A stretch of DNA of 64,000 bases, taken from assembly GCA_020725665.1 (NCBI GenBank), contig DYEO01000024.1, positions 17,408 to 81,407 on the forward strand, written 5' to 3'. This DNA is from Dethiobacter sp. Lineage in GTDB: Bacteria > Bacillota > Dethiobacteria > DTU022 > UBA8154. This document shows, in pieces, positions 1 to 9,399 of the stretch. The notes under the pieces are model-generated. The model had not been told where the DNA came from, ran no database searches, and saw only the letters and a list, made by a program, of their open reading frames with translations. The position numbers and the translations under genes are program-made. How positions within the stretch are numbered: position 1 is the first letter of the stretch; each line of letters begins with the position of its first letter.

Positions 1-348
1 AACCTCAAGAGAGGGGGAATTCTGCTCATCCAGATTGCCGTAGGCAGCCTGTATATGTTCAGTGTCCCCAGAGGATATATCGACGGATTCGTATCATGGT
101 GCAAGCAGGTGGTGGGTTTATGCCTGACCGCATTTTTGCAAGCGACCATCCTCATTGCAGGGCTCATGGTGTTTAACAGCAACATGCTTCTAGGTCTTGG
201 CCTTATGCTTGCAGCTTCAGAGATACCACGGATTGCCGGACAGTTCGGACTTGACACCAGCACCAGGGGCAACCTCATGAGCACCATGTATGCAGCGCAG
301 ACTGCGATGAACATAACGCGCACAGTGGTAAGGGCGGTGGCAAAATGA
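1..348 (+). CDS. Conjugative-transfer integral membrane protein, C-terminal part (ORF enters from upstream of window; VirB6/TrbL-like guess)
   Basis: Reading frame 1 is open from nt 1 through the stop at 346-348. The translated sequence is hydrophobic with predicted TM segments. It sits immediately upstream of VirB3/VirB4-like genes. Confidence 0.35.
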   Translation, partial: NLKRGGILLIQIAVGSLYMFSVPRGYIDGFVSWCKQVVGLCLTAFLQATILIAGLMVFNSNMLLGLGLMLAASEIPRIAGQFGLDTSTRGNLMSTMYAAQTAMNITRTVVRAVAK

Positions 349-914
349 CGGATATGAAGCTGGTCTATATTTGTTCTCCCTATGCCGGGGATATTGAATA
401 TAACATCAAAATGGCAATAGCATACTGCCGCTACGCCGCAGACTGTGGCGTAATTCCCCTGGCTCCACATTTGCTGCTGCCAAGATTTCTCTGTGAATCG
501 AATCCGGTAGAACGAGAGCTGGGAATCAAAATGGGGCTTAAGCTTCTTGCCTTATGCTCTGAGCTGTGGGTGTTCGGTGACCGGATATCTGAGGGTATGC
601 GGCGTGAAATTCAGGAAGCCGAAAGGCTCGGGATTAAAATTATTTTTCAAGATTCAAATAAAATTCAGGGAGTGATGAACATGAAGCGGTGGGGAATTTG
701 GGCAAAGCGCAGTGCTGCCTCTATCTTCGGCGCTGCTGAAGATTGGCTGAAATCGGAAGGAAAAGTGCAAATCTTTGATACTTATGAGGAAGCTGCCGAG
801 AAAGCAAGCACACTTATGAAAAACATTGGCACGGCAAATGTCTCCTATTATCCCAAGGAAATAGAAATTGAACTAAATGAAGATCAATCCTCTGGCATAA
901 ACATGAAGCTATAA
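345..914 (+). CDS. DUF4406 domain protein (nucleoside 2-deoxyribosyltransferase-like fold) with C-terminal extension
   Basis: The N-terminus MKLVYICSPYAGD...IPLAPHLLLPRFL...CSELWVFGDRISEGMRREI matches the DUF4406 family commonly carried by conjugative elements. The protein ends with SGINMKL, a tail motif that recurs on four other proteins. Confidence 0.65.
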   Translation: MTDMKLVYICSPYAGDIEYNIKMAIAYCRYAADCGVIPLAPHLLLPRFLCESNPVERELGIKMGLKLLALCSELWVFGDRISEGMRREIQEAERLGIKIIFQDSNKIQGVMNMKRWGIWAKRSAASIFGAAEDWLKSEGKVQIFDTYEEAAEKASTLMKNIGTANVSYYPKEIEIELNEDQSSGINMKL

Positions 915-927
915 GGAGGGGAAGAGT

Positions 928-1230
928 ATGTATATTTACCCGGATAATTTAAAATCCAAGGCGGTATTGTGGCTGTGGCAGCTTCGGGATATCGGCATCA
1001 TCGGCATCGGATGTCTTGTTTCTGTGTTTGCGCTCGTACAGCTCGGCATCCTGCTTCCGATAGTGGCAACTGCCTTCTATGCTTTTTTAACCATCCGTTT
1101 TGAGGACACTTCTATCCTTGATTTTATCAAGTATGCCTGTGCCTTTTTTATAACCAAACAGCAGTTATATGAATGGAAGCTTCAACCCGCTGTCCATTCA
1201 GAACCGAATAGAAAGCAGGTGGACAAATGA
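928..1230 (+). CDS. PrgI/TcpE-family (VirB3-like) small conjugation membrane protein
   Basis: 100 aa with two predicted TM helices, directly upstream of and overlapping the VirB4-like ATPase start (ATGA overlap). RBS GGAGGGGAAG precedes the start. Confidence 0.55.
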   Translation: MYIYPDNLKSKAVLWLWQLRDIGIIGIGCLVSVFALVQLGILLPIVATAFYAFLTIRFEDTSILDFIKYACAFFITKQQLYEWKLQPAVHSEPNRKQVDK

Positions 1231-1817
1231 GCAAAAAAGAAAAAAAGACAGCCAAACAAAAGATCTCCACACGGCAGCTCATAAACACAAAGGCCATCAC
1301 TGACTACAGCCTTTTGACTTACGGCCACGGCGAACTGGTATATTTTATCATCAAGCCGACCAACATCTCGGTTCTGTCGGAAGCCAGTATCGCCGCCCGG
1401 ATCTATGCTCTGATGACTGTTCTGAAAGGCATGGCTGAGATTGAAATGCTGTGTCTTAACAGCCGTGAAAACTTTGAGGACAACAAGCGTTTTTTGCGAA
1501 ACCGCATTGAACAGGAGGATAACCCCACTGTCCGAAAACTTTTGGAGGCAGACTTGACCTTCCTTGACCGCATACAGGTGCAGATGGCGACCGCCCGTGA
1601 ATTCCTCATTGTTATCCGGTTACGGGATGAAAAATCGAACGAAGTGTTCCCGTATTTAAACCGCATTGAAAAAACCCTGCGAGAGCAGGGCTTTTCCGTT
1701 AAAAGGGCCGAAAAAGAGGACATCAAAAGAATCCTTGCCGTGTACTTTGAGCAGAATGTGACTACCGAAAAATTTGAGGACTTCGATGGTGAGAGATGGG
1801 TGATTTTTGGTGACTAA
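1227..1817 (+). CDS. VirB4/TrsE-like conjugation ATPase, N-terminal segment (196 aa) separated from the ATPase domain ORF
   Basis: Position (after the VirB3-like gene) and sequence character fit the N-terminal domain of Gram-positive VirB4 homologs (Tn916 Orf16 / ConE / TcpF type). Length 196 aa + 610 aa (ORF 3447..5279) = about 806 aa, the usual VirB4 size. Confidence 0.5.
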   Translation: MSKKEKKTAKQKISTRQLINTKAITDYSLLTYGHGELVYFIIKPTNISVLSEASIAARIYALMTVLKGMAEIEMLCLNSRENFEDNKRFLRNRIEQEDNPTVRKLLEADLTFLDRIQVQMATAREFLIVIRLRDEKSNEVFPYLNRIEKTLREQGFSVKRAEKEDIKRILAVYFEQNVTTEKFEDFDGERWVIFGD

Positions 1818-1839
1818 ATGGAAGTTTTTGTGGTATAAT
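1810..1839 (+). promoter_or_regulatory. Sigma-A-like promoter for fic-1 (-35 GTGACT, extended -10 TGTGGTATAAT)
   Basis: TTGTGGTATAAT at 1828-1839 and GTGACT about 17 nt upstream. It lies 36 nt upstream of the Fic start at 1875, and the -35 overlaps the stop of the VirB4 N-terminal ORF. Confidence 0.4.
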
Positions 1840-1874
1840 TAAATGATAAATACAATGAAAACAGGTGAATAAAG

Positions 1875-2645
1875 ATGGATATATACAGATTACTTGACTT
1901 ATATAAGGCTGCCATAGACGAGCGAAGACCCTTCGAGGGTGAGGTGCTGACACAACTTAAAGAATACTATCGTATCGGACTCACTTGGTCATCCAATGCT
2001 CTTGAGGGAAATACCCTTACGGAAAGTGAAACTAAAGTGCTGCTTGAGGATGGATTGACTGTTGGCGGTAAACCCTTGCGTTATACCTTTGAGGCAATCG
2101 GTCACGCAAAAGCCTATGATTTCATGTTCACCCTGCTTAAAAATAGAACCATCACGGAAAGAGATGTTCTGACAATGCATCAAATGTTTTATGAGAATAT
2201 AGAGAAAGAATATGCCGGAAGATACCGTGACATGGATGTTTTCATCAGCGGCTCCAGATATCCTGTGGCAGAAACAAAACGCATACAGGAAGAAATGGAT
2301 GGACTTTTTCAGTGGATTGCAACCGAAAGAGAGAAGTTTCATCCGGTAGTGTTTGCAGCACAGCTCCATAAAAGATTTGTCTTCATTCATCCGTTTAAAG
2401 ACGGAACTGGCAGAATTGCGAGGCTCATTATGAACACCGCACTGATACAGGATGGATATCTTTTGGCTGTAATTCCTCCAGTGCTTAGACATGAATACAT
2501 TGAACTTCTTGAAAAAGCCCATAGAGATGACAAACCTTTTGAACGATTTATTGCGGAGCGGGTTATTGAATCCCAAAAGGAAGTCATGCGGCTTTTGCAC
2601 ATACCAATTCCAAAGCTGGACAGCGGCATGGGTATGCAGCTATAG
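1875..2645 (+). CDS. Fic/DOC family protein (AMPylator-type)
   Basis: Fic motif HPFKDGTGRIARL (HxFx(D/E)GNGRxxR variant) at the expected position. The C-terminal tail is SGMGMQL. Confidence 0.85.
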   Translation: MDIYRLLDLYKAAIDERRPFEGEVLTQLKEYYRIGLTWSSNALEGNTLTESETKVLLEDGLTVGGKPLRYTFEAIGHAKAYDFMFTLLKNRTITERDVLTMHQMFYENIEKEYAGRYRDMDVFISGSRYPVAETKRIQEEMDGLFQWIATEREKFHPVVFAAQLHKRFVFIHPFKDGTGRIARLIMNTALIQDGYLLAVIPPVLRHEYIELLEKAHRDDKPFERFIAERVIESQKEVMRLLHIPIPKLDSGMGMQL

Positions 2646-2726
2646 CATAGATATATCAAATTATGATAGCGGAACCTTATTGCTTTACTATTAAAAGCAC
2701 GATTGCCAGAGATATGGTGATGTTAT

Positions 2727-3182
2727 ATGGACAAAGTCAATATAGTCAAAGGATGGCTTGATTTTGCAAATAAAGATATCAGCTGCGCAAAGCATCTCCT
2801 GGGTATGCGTCCGGTTCCATTGGAAATCATCTGCTATCACAGCGAACAGGCAGCCGAAGAAGCGGTAAAAGGTTTTCTTATATACCATAATGTCGAACCG
2901 CCCCGTACTTACGACTTAGAAATGTTATGCCGTATGTGCATGGATATTGACAATACTTTTGATAAGTTGATTGAGCCTTGTGGAAGACTTGCTAGATATG
3001 GCGAGCAGATATATCCTTTAGAGATGCAAATTTCACACAACGATATGAGAACAGCCATTGCTGATGCTGATCATGTAATGGAATTTGTACTTCAAAGGCT
3101 TCAGCTTGCCGAGGAAATTTCACCGGATGACGATAGGCAAAAAGACCAGCAAGAAAAAACAGCAGGGCAGCAACTAACGTAA
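2727..3182 (+). CDS. HEPN domain protein
   Basis: About 150 aa alpha-helical protein with HEPN-like conserved segments (KDISCAKHLL ... YHSEQAAEEAVKGFLIYH). It follows the Fic gene in the same cassette. Confidence 0.5.
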   Translation: MDKVNIVKGWLDFANKDISCAKHLLGMRPVPLEIICYHSEQAAEEAVKGFLIYHNVEPPRTYDLEMLCRMCMDIDNTFDKLIEPCGRLARYGEQIYPLEMQISHNDMRTAIADADHVMEFVLQRLQLAEEISPDDDRQKDQQEKTAGQQLT

Positions 3183-3446
3183 TATATTCATTATAAATAC
3201 CAAGCGAAAATCGTTTGGTGTTTTATTTTTGCCTTTTTTAAGGCTGCAGCCATGTTCTCTATCTTTATTAATGAAGGGTGAGGCTGCTCTTTATCTATTT
3301 TCTCCTATGGACTTCCGCTGCTTCTTCGTTTATTGTGTGTGCTGAGGTGATTAGGATGGCAGTTGTACAGGATACTTGTGGGAGGCTTGCCATAAAAATT
3401 CAGGCAGGTCTTTTTTATTTGTTTTTCGAGGAGAGGAGATGATGCA

Positions 3447-5279
3447 ATGCCAAAAGCAAATCGAATGAATACTGCCGTGGCGCAGGAGGACGTCCGCATA
3501 CAGGAATTTCTTGATATGATCGCACCGTCGGTCATCAAATTCAACACCGACCACTTCATCTGCGGCAATACCTACCGCTGTGTGTGGGCGCTTCGCGAGT
3601 ACCCCACAGCCACGGAGGAACAGGCAATCCTGCGCCACCTTGGGGAAAAGGACGGTGTCACTTTAAAGATTTATGCCCGTCACGTCACCCCTGTTGAGGA
3701 AAAGAAGATCATTAGCAATGCCGCCAACAAGAACCGCATGAAGCGGAGCAACACCAATGACCTCCAGCAGACCGTCACCGCTGAGAGCAATCTGCAGGAT
3801 GTAGCCTCCATCGTAGCCAGCATGCACCGGAACAAAGAACCACTGCTCCATGCCGCCGTCTACATTGAGCTTTTAGCATACGACCTTGAGCAGTTAAAGC
3901 TGCTGCAGACCGAGGTGCTGACCGAACTGATCCGCTCTAAGCTCAACGTTGACCGCCTCATGCTCCGCCAGCAGCAGGGCTTTATATGCGTGATGCCTTC
4001 GGGTTGGAATGTGTTCGGAGATCAGTTTGAGCGGGTACTGCCGGCATCCTCAGTTGCCAACCTTTATCCTTTTAACTACTCCGGCAAAACCGATGCCAAC
4101 GGCTTCTACCTGGGCAGGGACAAGTTCGGCAGCAACATTCTTGTGGATTTTAATAAACGTGCCGATGACAAGACCAATGCAAACATTCTCATTCTTGGCA
4201 ACTCAGGACAAGGAAAGTCCTACCTCCTGAAGCTCATCCTATGCAACATGCGGCAGTCCGGCATGCATGTACTGGCGCTTGATCCGGAGATGGAGTACGA
4301 GGAACTAACCAACAACCTTGGCGGCTGCTTTATTGACTTAATGTCCGGCGAATATATCATCAATGTGCTGGAACCGAAAACATGGGATGAAAACGGCGAT
4401 CCCAGGGATGCTGAAGCTCCCCAGGCGTTCCGGCAGACCTCCAAACTCAGCCAGCACATCAGCTTTCTCAAGGACTTTTTCAGAACATACAAGGATTTTG
4501 ACGACCGGCAGATCGACACCATTGAAATCATGCTGGGGAAGCTGTATGAGCAATGGGGCATCACGGACCACAGCAACTTTGACCGGCTTAAATCCACCGA
4601 TTATCCCATCCTGTCCAACCTATATGAGCTGATTGAAAACGAATACAAAACCTTTGATGAAAGCAAACGCCAGCTTTATACCGCAGAAATCCTGCAGCAG
4701 ATCTGCCTTGGACTCCATTCCCTATGCAAGGGTGCGGAGTCTAAATTTTTTAACGGGCATACCAACATCACCAGCAGCCATTTCATCACCTTCGGTGTGA
4801 AAGGACTGCTGCAGGCAAGCAAAAATATCCGCAACGCCCTGCTGTTTAACGTGCTGTCCTTCATGTCCAACGAGCTTTTAACCAAGGGCAATACGGTAGC
4901 AAGCATCGATGAGTTTTACCTGTTTCTTAACAACCTCACAGCGGTCGAGTATATCCGCAACTTTATGAAGCGTGTCCGCAAAAAGGACAGCGCCGTGATC
5001 CTTGCCAGCCAGAACCTGGAGGATTTCAATATTGACGGAATCCGGGAGTATACCAAGCCTTTGTTTTCCATACCGACTCATGCCTTCCTCTTTAATGCCG
5101 GAAATATTGATGCCAAATTCTACATCGATACCCTGCAGCTGGAGCAGAGCGAATATAACCTGATCCGCTACCCGCAGCGCGGTGTGTGTCTCTACAAATG
5201 CGGCAACGAGCGGTATAACCTCATGGTGACCGCGCCGGAACACAAGGCAAGGCTCTTTGGAAAGGCGGGCGGCAGATGA
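3447..5279 (+). CDS. VirB4/TrsE-like conjugation ATPase, ATPase-domain segment
   Basis: Walker A ILILGNSGQGKSYLLKLI, Walker B-like VLALDPE, and overall VirB4 (DUF87/TraC-type) architecture. The segment has its own RBS (GGAGAGGAG) and ATG start. Confidence 0.8.
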   Translation: MPKANRMNTAVAQEDVRIQEFLDMIAPSVIKFNTDHFICGNTYRCVWALREYPTATEEQAILRHLGEKDGVTLKIYARHVTPVEEKKIISNAANKNRMKRSNTNDLQQTVTAESNLQDVASIVASMHRNKEPLLHAAVYIELLAYDLEQLKLLQTEVLTELIRSKLNVDRLMLRQQQGFICVMPSGWNVFGDQFERVLPASSVANLYPFNYSGKTDANGFYLGRDKFGSNILVDFNKRADDKTNANILILGNSGQGKSYLLKLILCNMRQSGMHVLALDPEMEYEELTNNLGGCFIDLMSGEYIINVLEPKTWDENGDPRDAEAPQAFRQTSKLSQHISFLKDFFRTYKDFDDRQIDTIEIMLGKLYEQWGITDHSNFDRLKSTDYPILSNLYELIENEYKTFDESKRQLYTAEILQQICLGLHSLCKGAESKFFNGHTNITSSHFITFGVKGLLQASKNIRNALLFNVLSFMSNELLTKGNTVASIDEFYLFLNNLTAVEYIRNFMKRVRKKDSAVILASQNLEDFNIDGIREYTKPLFSIPTHAFLFNAGNIDAKFYIDTLQLEQSEYNLIRYPQRGVCLYKCGNERYNLMVTAPEHKARLFGKAGGR

Positions 5280-5348
5280 TCAAAAACCTGAGAAATCCAG
5301 TATGGGTGAAACGCCTGTGCTGCGACAAGGGGGTGAAGGTTTTTGGAG

Positions 5349-6374
5349 ATGAAGGACCAGCGCTTCGGCATCGAAATCGAATTGACGGGACTGTCCCGTC
5401 TGCGTGCCGCCCAGGTCATGGCGGAATACTTCGGCACGCCGGTTTCCCATGACGGGGGCTATTACGGCATCTATTCCGTCCTGGACGGCCAAAGCCGCCG
5501 GTGGAAGGTCATGAGCGACGGCAGCATCACTACAGAGAAAAAAGAAGGGCGGCGGATTATTCCGGCCGACAGCACCTACAGCGTGGAGCTGGTCAGTCCC
5601 ATTTGCAAATACGAGGATATTGAAACCATACAGGAGATTGTGCGGAAACTCCGGGCTGCCGGAGCCATTGCCAATGCAAGCTGCGGCATCCATGTCCATG
5701 TGGATGCGTCACATCACAATGCTAACACCCTGCGAAATATCACCAACATCATGGCCAGCAAGGAGGACTTGATCTACAAGGCGCTGCAGGTGAACGTGGC
5801 ACGGGAACGCCGCTACTGCAAAAAGGTGGAGCAGAGCTTTTTGGAGGAACTCAACCGCAAGAAGCCGAAAACCCTGGAGCAGGTCAGCCGGATCTGGTAC
5901 AACGGCAATGACGGCAGGCATGAGCATTACCACAACAGCCGGTACCACTGCCTGAACCTCCACAGCGTGTTCCAGAAAGGTACGATTGAATTCAGGCTGT
6001 TCAACGGCACCACCCATGCCGGAAAAATCAAGGCATACATCCAGCTCTGTCTCGCCATCAGCCACCAGGCACTGACACAGAGGTGCGCCAGCCGAATCAA
6101 AACCCAGAGCACCAATGAAAAATATACCTTCCGCACCTGGCTTCTGCGGCTGGGCCTTATCGGCGATGAATTCAAAACCGCACGGCTGCATTTGCTGGAG
6201 CATCTGGAGGGCTGCATTGCCTGGAAAGACCCCCAGCAAGCCGAGCGGCAAAAGGAACGGTTAAAGCAGAAGAAGGAAAAGGAACAGGCAGCCGCAGCTT
6301 TGGAAGAACAAAATCAAGAGGACATCGAACAGACCGAGGCTGAAGAATGCCCCGGTCTTTCTATGTCCATGTAG
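5349..6374 (+). CDS. Amidoligase family enzyme (glutamine-synthetase-like, conjugative-element associated)
   Basis: The GIEIEL start and GIHVHVD motif are typical of the putative amidoligase family (PF12224). RBS AGGGGGTGAAGG sits upstream of ATG 5349 (the ORF track begins at TTG 5343). The tail is PGLSMSM. Confidence 0.65.
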   Translation: MKDQRFGIEIELTGLSRLRAAQVMAEYFGTPVSHDGGYYGIYSVLDGQSRRWKVMSDGSITTEKKEGRRIIPADSTYSVELVSPICKYEDIETIQEIVRKLRAAGAIANASCGIHVHVDASHHNANTLRNITNIMASKEDLIYKALQVNVARERRYCKKVEQSFLEELNRKKPKTLEQVSRIWYNGNDGRHEHYHNSRYHCLNLHSVFQKGTIEFRLFNGTTHAGKIKAYIQLCLAISHQALTQRCASRIKTQSTNEKYTFRTWLLRLGLIGDEFKTARLHLLEHLEGCIAWKDPQQAERQKERLKQKKEKEQAAAALEEQNQEDIEQTEAEECPGLSMSM

Positions 6375-6389
6375 GAGGACTGATCAAAC

Positions 6390-6884
6390 ATGAAAAGCAA
6401 AACCTTGTACATTGCTTACGGAAGCAATCTCAACTTGCAGCAGATGGCATTTAGATGCCCCACTGCCAAGGTAATCGGGGCAAGTAAAATCAAGGACTAT
6501 GAGCTGCTGTTCCGCGGCGGTCGCAGAGGTTCGGTAGCAACGGTAGAACCGCTCAAGGGAAGCCATGTTCCTGTTCTTTTATGGGAACTGAAAGAAAAAG
6601 ACCTGCAGGCCCTTGACCGTTATGAGGGGTATCCCCGTTTTTACCGCAAGGAAATCCTTGATGTCGAGCTTAACGGCAAGACCATTTCTGCGATGGTTTA
6701 TATCATGAATGACGGACATCCCTTCGGATCTCCGTCCGATTACTATCTTAATGCCATCATGGAGGGCTACAAAAGCGCAGGTTTCGATACCGAGTACCTG
6801 GAGCAGGCGGTGGAAAAATCCATCCGGCTTGCTAAGGAACAACAGCCGGAACAGGAAAATCTGTTTGACTTGAAATGGTGGTGA
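6390..6884 (+). CDS. Gamma-glutamyl cyclotransferase (GGCT/AIG2-like)
   Basis: YIAYGSNLN N-terminal motif and GGCT fold length. It lies adjacent to the amidoligase gene, a known pairing in mobile elements. Confidence 0.75.
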   Translation: MKSKTLYIAYGSNLNLQQMAFRCPTAKVIGASKIKDYELLFRGGRRGSVATVEPLKGSHVPVLLWELKEKDLQALDRYEGYPRFYRKEILDVELNGKTISAMVYIMNDGHPFGSPSDYYLNAIMEGYKSAGFDTEYLEQAVEKSIRLAKEQQPEQENLFDLKWW

Positions 6885-7981
6885 TGGTTATGGCTGATCC
6901 GGCTACCATTACCCTTGCGGTCAGGGCGGCCATCGCCGCGGCAACCGACAAAAGGACATGGAAGGTTGTCGGCGTTCTTGTCGCCGCCATCCTGACGCCC
7001 TTCATTCTTATCGTTGTAATGATCGTGAGCCTGCTCTCGGCTGCGGCGGATCACAACAGCAACGCCATAGAATTGTGCTTCAACGGCGGCGCGATCTCTT
7101 CCCGGGTCCCCTCCGATTACGCCGCCTATATCCGGGATATGCAGAACAGCTTCGCCGGGATTGACACCGCCATCTCCGATATATCATCACTGGTGGAGGA
7201 CGGCAGTATCGACAGCACAAGGGTTAAGGCAATTTTCTATTCTCTGTTCTTCGGCGCTGAAAATCTGCAGATGGATAGCTCGGACTACCGTGCCTTTGCT
7301 GACTGCTTTGTCCGTTATGAAACCCGCACCCGAACCGTGGACAATGGCGATGGCACAACCTCGGAGGAAGAATACACCGTGGCTGTGCCGCTTAAATCAC
7401 TGCCGGAAATTTACGGAAACCTTCAGAGCGCCCTCGGTAGGAAAATCACTTATGAGGAACAGGCCAACGCTTCTGAGATTTACTACCGCATTGGCTACGG
7501 TGGCAGTGTCCCCACCTATGGAAAAGAATTCGATGTGTGGGTAAACGGACTGCCGCTGTCCGATGCACCCTTTACCGGCTTGGATGGTTTCTGTTCTCCC
7601 CTCAGGGAAAACTGGCGCAGCATGGTTACCTCGGAATTTGGCTACAGAACTGATCCCTTCACCGGCCAGCGCAGGGGACATTCCGGACTGGACATGGGAG
7701 CGTCTAAAGGCACACCGATCCATGCAGCCCTTGATGGTACGGTGCTGTTTGTGCGCTATAAGAACACAGGCTATGGCTATCATTTGGCCATCGACCATGG
7801 CGGCAGCTTCGTTACCTTATATGCCCATTGCTCCAAAATCCTTGTCACTGAGGGGCATACCGTGAAGGCGGGCGACATCATCGCACAGGTCGGTTCCACA
7901 GGCCGGAGTACCGGAGAGCACTTGCACTTTGAGGTACGAGTGAAGGGTGAAAAACAAAACCCAAGAAACTATCTGCCGTAA
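6875..7981 (+). CDS. M23/LytM family peptidase (conjugation-associated cell-wall hydrolase, TcpG/Orf14-like)
   Basis: N-terminal TM segment and a C-terminal M23 domain with HSGLDMGASKGTPIHAALDG ... GYHLAIDHGG ... STGEHLHFEV (HxxxD and HxH motifs). Confidence 0.85.
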   Translation: MVVMVMADPATITLAVRAAIAAATDKRTWKVVGVLVAAILTPFILIVVMIVSLLSAAADHNSNAIELCFNGGAISSRVPSDYAAYIRDMQNSFAGIDTAISDISSLVEDGSIDSTRVKAIFYSLFFGAENLQMDSSDYRAFADCFVRYETRTRTVDNGDGTTSEEEYTVAVPLKSLPEIYGNLQSALGRKITYEEQANASEIYYRIGYGGSVPTYGKEFDVWVNGLPLSDAPFTGLDGFCSPLRENWRSMVTSEFGYRTDPFTGQRRGHSGLDMGASKGTPIHAALDGTVLFVRYKNTGYGYHLAIDHGGSFVTLYAHCSKILVTEGHTVKAGDIIAQVGSTGRSTGEHLHFEVRVKGEKQNPRNYLP

Positions 7982-8092
7982 GCAGGGTGAAAAACGATGC
8001 CGTGGATTAGAAAAATGGGTAGCTTCCGATGGCGAGACTTCCTGTTAGAATAAACCTATAGCCTTCGTAATTCTGTCTAAGCTTATTAAAAG

Positions 8093-8103
8093 TGTGGTAT
8101 AAT
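8093..8103 (+). promoter_or_regulatory. Extended -10 promoter element TGTGGTATAAT for fic-2
   Basis: The same 11-mer as upstream of fic-1, located about 27 nt upstream of the fic-2 start. Confidence 0.35.
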
Positions 8104-8129
8104 GAAACAAATATTGTAAAAAAGGAGGA

Positions 8130-8933
8130 ATGCGCTTGGATCAATATAACCGGGCTGTTGAACTGTGGCAGTCATACAAAATTGCGTCCGCCGCTGATTT
8201 AGATAAATATCTTGACAGTTTCCGCATCCTGTTTGCGTTTCATTCCGGGAAAATAGAGAACGAGGAAATCACCTACCACGATACAAGAGAAATCTTTGAA
8301 AACGGCAGGGTTGTGGGCTACACCGGGAGTCCCCGTGCCCTGTTTGAGCAGCAAAACCAAAAGCTGTGCTATGAGTTTTTGAAAGAAAAAATCGTCAAGA
8401 AGGAGCCTCTCAGCATCGAGTTGGTCAAGGAGATGCACAAGGTTCTCACCGGCGGGACCTATGATGAGCGCAGGTATGTCGCCAATGAGGAACGGCCGGG
8501 TGAGTTTAAAAAACACGATTATGCGACCGGCGTCCATGAGGTGGGCTCCGCCGCGGAGGATGTGGAAAAGGACATGACAGAGCTGATTGCCGAAGTCAAC
8601 GCGTATGAGGGCAAAGATGTCTTAAAAGCCGCCACCTATCTTCACGCCAGGTTTGAGTATATTCATCCCTTTGCAGACGGCAACGGGCGTGTCGACAGGA
8701 CGCTGATGAATTACTATCTCATGACACATGATCACCCGCCCCTTATTGTCTATAACGAGGATAAGCGGATGTATTACGAGTGCCTGCAAAAGTATGATGA
8801 AGCCGAGGACTTAAATCCCCTTTATGAGTTTCTCAAATATGAAACCGAAAAGACATGGGAAAAGGTGCTGGCTCTTGCCGATGGCAGGAAGCCGGAACGC
8901 AAAGGTTTATCAGATTTTACCCAGAGTATGTAG
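8130..8933 (+). CDS. Fic/DOC family protein (second copy)
   Basis: Canonical Fic motif HPFADGNGRVDRTLMNY. The start may be TTG 8136, given RBS AAAGGAGG at 8121-8128. Confidence 0.85.
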   Translation: MRLDQYNRAVELWQSYKIASAADLDKYLDSFRILFAFHSGKIENEEITYHDTREIFENGRVVGYTGSPRALFEQQNQKLCYEFLKEKIVKKEPLSIELVKEMHKVLTGGTYDERRYVANEERPGEFKKHDYATGVHEVGSAAEDVEKDMTELIAEVNAYEGKDVLKAATYLHARFEYIHPFADGNGRVDRTLMNYYLMTHDHPPLIVYNEDKRMYYECLQKYDEAEDLNPLYEFLKYETEKTWEKVLALADGRKPERKGLSDFTQSM

Positions 8934-9008
8934 CAAACAGAATAATTTAGAAGCGAAAGTCATCTCGAAAAGGGATGGCTTTTTTGTTTGTCAAGGAGGG
9001 AAGAAAAA

Positions 9009-9386
9009 ATGTTAAAGACAAAAGCCATCTTTGAAAGAAAGGCCAATGATTTTCAACCCAGGGACTGCGTTATCGAAAAAATAATTGAGCTTACCTCACA
9101 GCAATACGATGTTTTTTCTAAAAACATGCTGGACGACTATGACTTTATCCGGAACAACATTGATCTCATGTACTGCGATAAGCAAGGTGTGTATCATTGT
9201 CTTTTAGTAGTAGGTGAGGACAGGCCGGACGGTATACTTGTAGAAAGCGAGGGAAGCAGTTACGCCCGTTACGCCGCTTTCTTGCCCAACGCCTGTGATT
9301 TTCTCGCTGCGCATCAGGAGCGAACTCAAGGGCTTCATGATGAAAAATTAAAGCCGGAATCTTTGGGTATGAAAATGAATTTATAG
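9009..9386 (+). CDS. Hypothetical protein
   Basis: RBS AGGAGGG 8 nt upstream of ATG 9009 (the ORF track begins at TTG 8988). No motif recognised. The tail is SLGMKMNL. Confidence 0.4.
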   Translation: MLKTKAIFERKANDFQPRDCVIEKIIELTSQQYDVFSKNMLDDYDFIRNNIDLMYCDKQGVYHCLLVVGEDRPDGILVESEGSSYARYAAFLPNACDFLAAHQERTQGLHDEKLKPESLGMKMNL

Positions 9387-9399
9387 GAGGAAAAGAGCG

